Of a stretch of DNA of 64,000 nucleotides, positions 61,861 to 64,000 are shown piece after piece. How positions within the stretch are numbered: the stretch's first letter is position 1; every line of letters starts with the position of its first letter. Source of the DNA: an uncultured Chromatiaceae bacterium (GTDB taxonomy: Bacteria > Pseudomonadota > Gammaproteobacteria > Tenderiales > Tenderiaceae). Both the position numbers and the translations under genes were made by a program. Under the pieces are notes generated by a model. The model had not been told where the DNA came from and searched no databases. It saw only the letters and a program-made list of their open reading frames with translations. The stretch is from NCBI GenBank assembly GCA_945787785.1, contig CALZIO010000005.1, forward strand, positions 26,921 through 90,920, in the 5' to 3' direction.

Positions 61861-63057
61861 ATGCGTTTTTCAATCTGTAACTCTCTGGTTTTTGGGTTGT
61901 TTTTCTCGACTTCCATATCGGTTGGCGCCGCTGAATCGGTCTCAATGGATGAGGCCGGTCAAATTTATCGGGAAAATTGTGCGGTGTGCCATGGCGATCG
62001 AGGCGATGGTGACACCCGTGCCCGCCATGGCCTGGACCCCAAGCCGCGTGATTTCACTACCCCAGGAGCTGCCGCTGAGCTGGACCGCAAACGTATGGTG
62101 ACAGCTGTTGTGCAGGGTCGCGAGGGGACTGCCATGGTGGCCTGGCATGGCCGTTTGACCATGGCCCAGATCGAGGGAGTAGTGGATTACATTCGCAGCA
62201 GTTTTATGCGATTGCCGCCTTCGGAAGAGGAGCTGGCGGTTGACGAACCGCGCCTGCAGCGAGGCCGGGAGCTTTATGAAGAACATTGCCGAGTTTGTCA
62301 TGGCGATCGTGGTAACGGCGCCACCTGGACCAACTCAGTATTGAATCCGCCGCCGCGGAACTTTACCTCGCCCCAGGCACGCCGCATTCTGACGCGTAAA
62401 CGCATGCTAGCCTCGGTTACTTTTGGCCGTAAAAACACGGCCATGATGTCTTTCTCCAGCCGCCTTCCAGAAGAAGATATCTTCGCCGTAGTGGATTATA
62501 TTCGCCAGGTTTTTATGAAGGGGCCGGTCGTGGCGGATGCGGGTATGACGGATCTTTCTTCTGGACCGGCGGGTACAGGAGACCATGCTGGACGTGGGCA
62601 TGGCCAGGCACCTGAGTCAATCGGGGTGTATGGCATGGCGCCTAATATTGGTCAGCAGGAGCAAGTGGCCAAAGTGGATATGTCGGCTCCGTTTCCTGGT
62701 GGTTTGCAGGGTGACTTTGATCGTGGCCGTGATTTCTATATGGGCAATTGCAGTACTTGCCACGGCGTGCGTGGTGATGGTTTGGGGCCGCGCTCCCATT
62801 TTATTCAACCGAAGCCACGTAATTTCCTGCACGTCGAGTCGCGCGATTTGCTCAATCGCCCGGCCCTGTTTCGTGCCATAGGTATCGGTAAGCCAGGCAC
62901 ACCAATGCCTGCCTGGAGCAAAGTGCTATCGTCGCAGCAGATTGCTGACGTCGCCGAGTTTGTTTACCAGGATTTTATTCATCCCAATCCCGATGAAATT
63001 CAACCACGCTTTGAGCCTGATCCAGAGCAGCAAGAAACTAAAAAAAAAGCGCCGTAA
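61861..63057 (+). CDS. Trihaem cytochrome c built from three class-I domains
   Basis: Signal peptide. CAVCHGDRGDG, CRVCHGDRGNG and CSTCHGVRGDG, each followed by PRDFT/PRNF and a (T)AM(P/V)AW distal-Met block. Ends ...ETKKKAP directly after an A9 run. Confidence 0.88.
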   Translation: MRFSICNSLVFGLFFSTSISVGAAESVSMDEAGQIYRENCAVCHGDRGDGDTRARHGLDPKPRDFTTPGAAAELDRKRMVTAVVQGREGTAMVAWHGRLTMAQIEGVVDYIRSSFMRLPPSEEELAVDEPRLQRGRELYEEHCRVCHGDRGNGATWTNSVLNPPPRNFTSPQARRILTRKRMLASVTFGRKNTAMMSFSSRLPEEDIFAVVDYIRQVFMKGPVVADAGMTDLSSGPAGTGDHAGRGHGQAPESIGVYGMAPNIGQQEQVAKVDMSAPFPGGLQGDFDRGRDFYMGNCSTCHGVRGDGLGPRSHFIQPKPRNFLHVESRDLLNRPALFRAIGIGKPGTPMPAWSKVLSSQQIADVAEFVYQDFIHPNPDEIQPRFEPDPEQQETKKKAP

Positions 63058-64000
63058 CTCAGACTGATTCCGTCGAGCAAATCCCGTCGACGGTAGAGAT
63101 AGCCAGCGGCAGCAAAGCCACAACGGCCTACGAAAAAGGCCGTGACCTCTATAATTATTATTGTTACTTCTGTCATGGTTACGCAGGTGATGCCAAGACG
63201 CTGGCAGCATCCTATTTGTCACCACCCCCGCGAGATTTTACTGCGACTCCAGTCGAAGAAATAACGCGCACGCGAATGATTAAGTCGGTCACTGACGGCC
63301 GCATTAATACTGGTATGGCCGGTTTTAAGACCAAGCTGAATGCAGAAGAAATAGAACTGGTAGTAGACTTTATCCGTCAAGCGTTCATGGGTAAAGACAA
63401 GCTCAATACACGCTATCACACGGAAGGCAATGGCTGGCCAAACCATGAGCGTTATGCCATCGCCTATCCGTTTGCCAAAGGTGAAATTCCGCTCGATATC
63501 CCGTCGGAGCAATTGACGCCTGAGCAGCAGCAGGGGCGGGAACTGTTTATGGCCAGCTGTATTACCTGCCACGACCGCGCCAAAGTGGAAAGCGAAGGTA
63601 TTGCTTGGGATCCGCGTGCAGTCTCTTATCCCCGCAGTGGTTATTCGCATCGCATGCCGGATGCAGTTTCAGCCGCTACGCCTTATTCAAAACATGATGA
63701 AATGCCAATCGTGAAGGGTTTGACGCCACAACAGCAGCTGGGCGAAGGGCTTTATCAGGCCAATTGCGCCTTTTGTCATGCTGCAGATGGTTCGGGGCAG
63801 AACTGGATTGGCGCCTTTCTTGAGCCCCACCCACGTGACCTGACTAATCCCGAACAGATGCAGGGAATGACTATTGATCGATTACAAACAGTTATACGTG
63901 ATGGTTTGCCAGGCACCACAATGCCGGCCTGGCGTCATGTGTTGAAAGATGAGCAGATAGAGGCTATTGCTGCTTACGTAATGCGTGTTTTTGTAAAGAG
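63058..64000 (+). CDS. Further class-I cytochrome c domains (at least 3 CXXCH) in the -1 frame, with no start codon or signal peptide. Probable continuation of the upstream gene; runs off the window.
   Basis: My own translation of the frame with codons starting at 63042: ...TQTDSVEQIPSTVEIASGSKATTAYEKGRDLYNYYCYFCHGYAGD...CITCHD...CAFCHAADGSG...GTTMPAWRHV... No ATG/GTG/TTG before the first haem motif. This frame is open only from 63042, after a TAA at 63039. Confidence 0.7.

Noticed and set aside
63219-63650. 143-aa minus-strand ORF
   Set aside because: The opposite (+) strand here encodes class-I cytochrome c domains with CXXCH and distal-Met blocks. The minus-strand product has no features.
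1-64000. CRISPR arrays, rRNA genes, prophage or conjugation modules, toxin-antitoxin or restriction-type defence genes
   Set aside because: I scanned both strands by eye. I found no regularly spaced short direct repeats, no rRNA-like sequence, no integrase, capsid or terminase, and no recognisable defence-protein motifs.

Overview
This 64 kb chromosomal window looks gammaproteobacterial: SpeD, Crp/Vfr, L13/S9 and CcmA-I are all E. coli-like. I call about 65 genes and found no CRISPR array, rRNA or prophage.

Left part (1-15.9 kb), mostly housekeeping:
- two tandem TraF_2-like outer-membrane (OM) barrels, crp, an osmC-family gene, a VOC-family gene, speD and coq7
- an FG-GAP propeller protein, an orphan glcF-like Fe-S protein, a 2Fe-2S ferredoxin and a NodIJ-like ABC exporter
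- rplM-rpsI, tRNA-Gln, an IS1182-family insertion next to the tRNA, and a porin

Centre (15988-30958), my top candidate for an undescribed trans-envelope electron-transfer system. It is a tightly packed 13-gene operon on the + strand encoding:
- five c-type cytochromes (4+3+3+3+11 = 24 CXXCH)
- a 616-aa haem-free predicted OM beta-barrel and a SurA/PpiC-type isomerase
- a lipoprotein with a type-1-copper (cupredoxin) motif and two NHL-propeller lipoproteins
- its own System II haem-attachment genes (ResB/CcsA) and a TPR protein

Right part:
- an Arn-like polyprenyl-phosphate aminosugar modification locus
- a MoxR/Bat operon and an FGE-like gene
- the complete System I ccmABCDEFGHI operon
- a second periplasmic redox and signalling neighbourhood: a TlpA-like thioredoxin, a cytochrome c, two Reg_prop propellers, a GGDEF-EAL protein with a periplasmic CXXCH, and a pentahaem-NHL gene pair
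- a multi-domain class-I cytochrome whose reading frame is broken exactly at an A9 tract

Two roughly 180-bp highly palindromic intergenic elements are also present. All functional calls rest on motif and family recognition from the translations. No searches were run.
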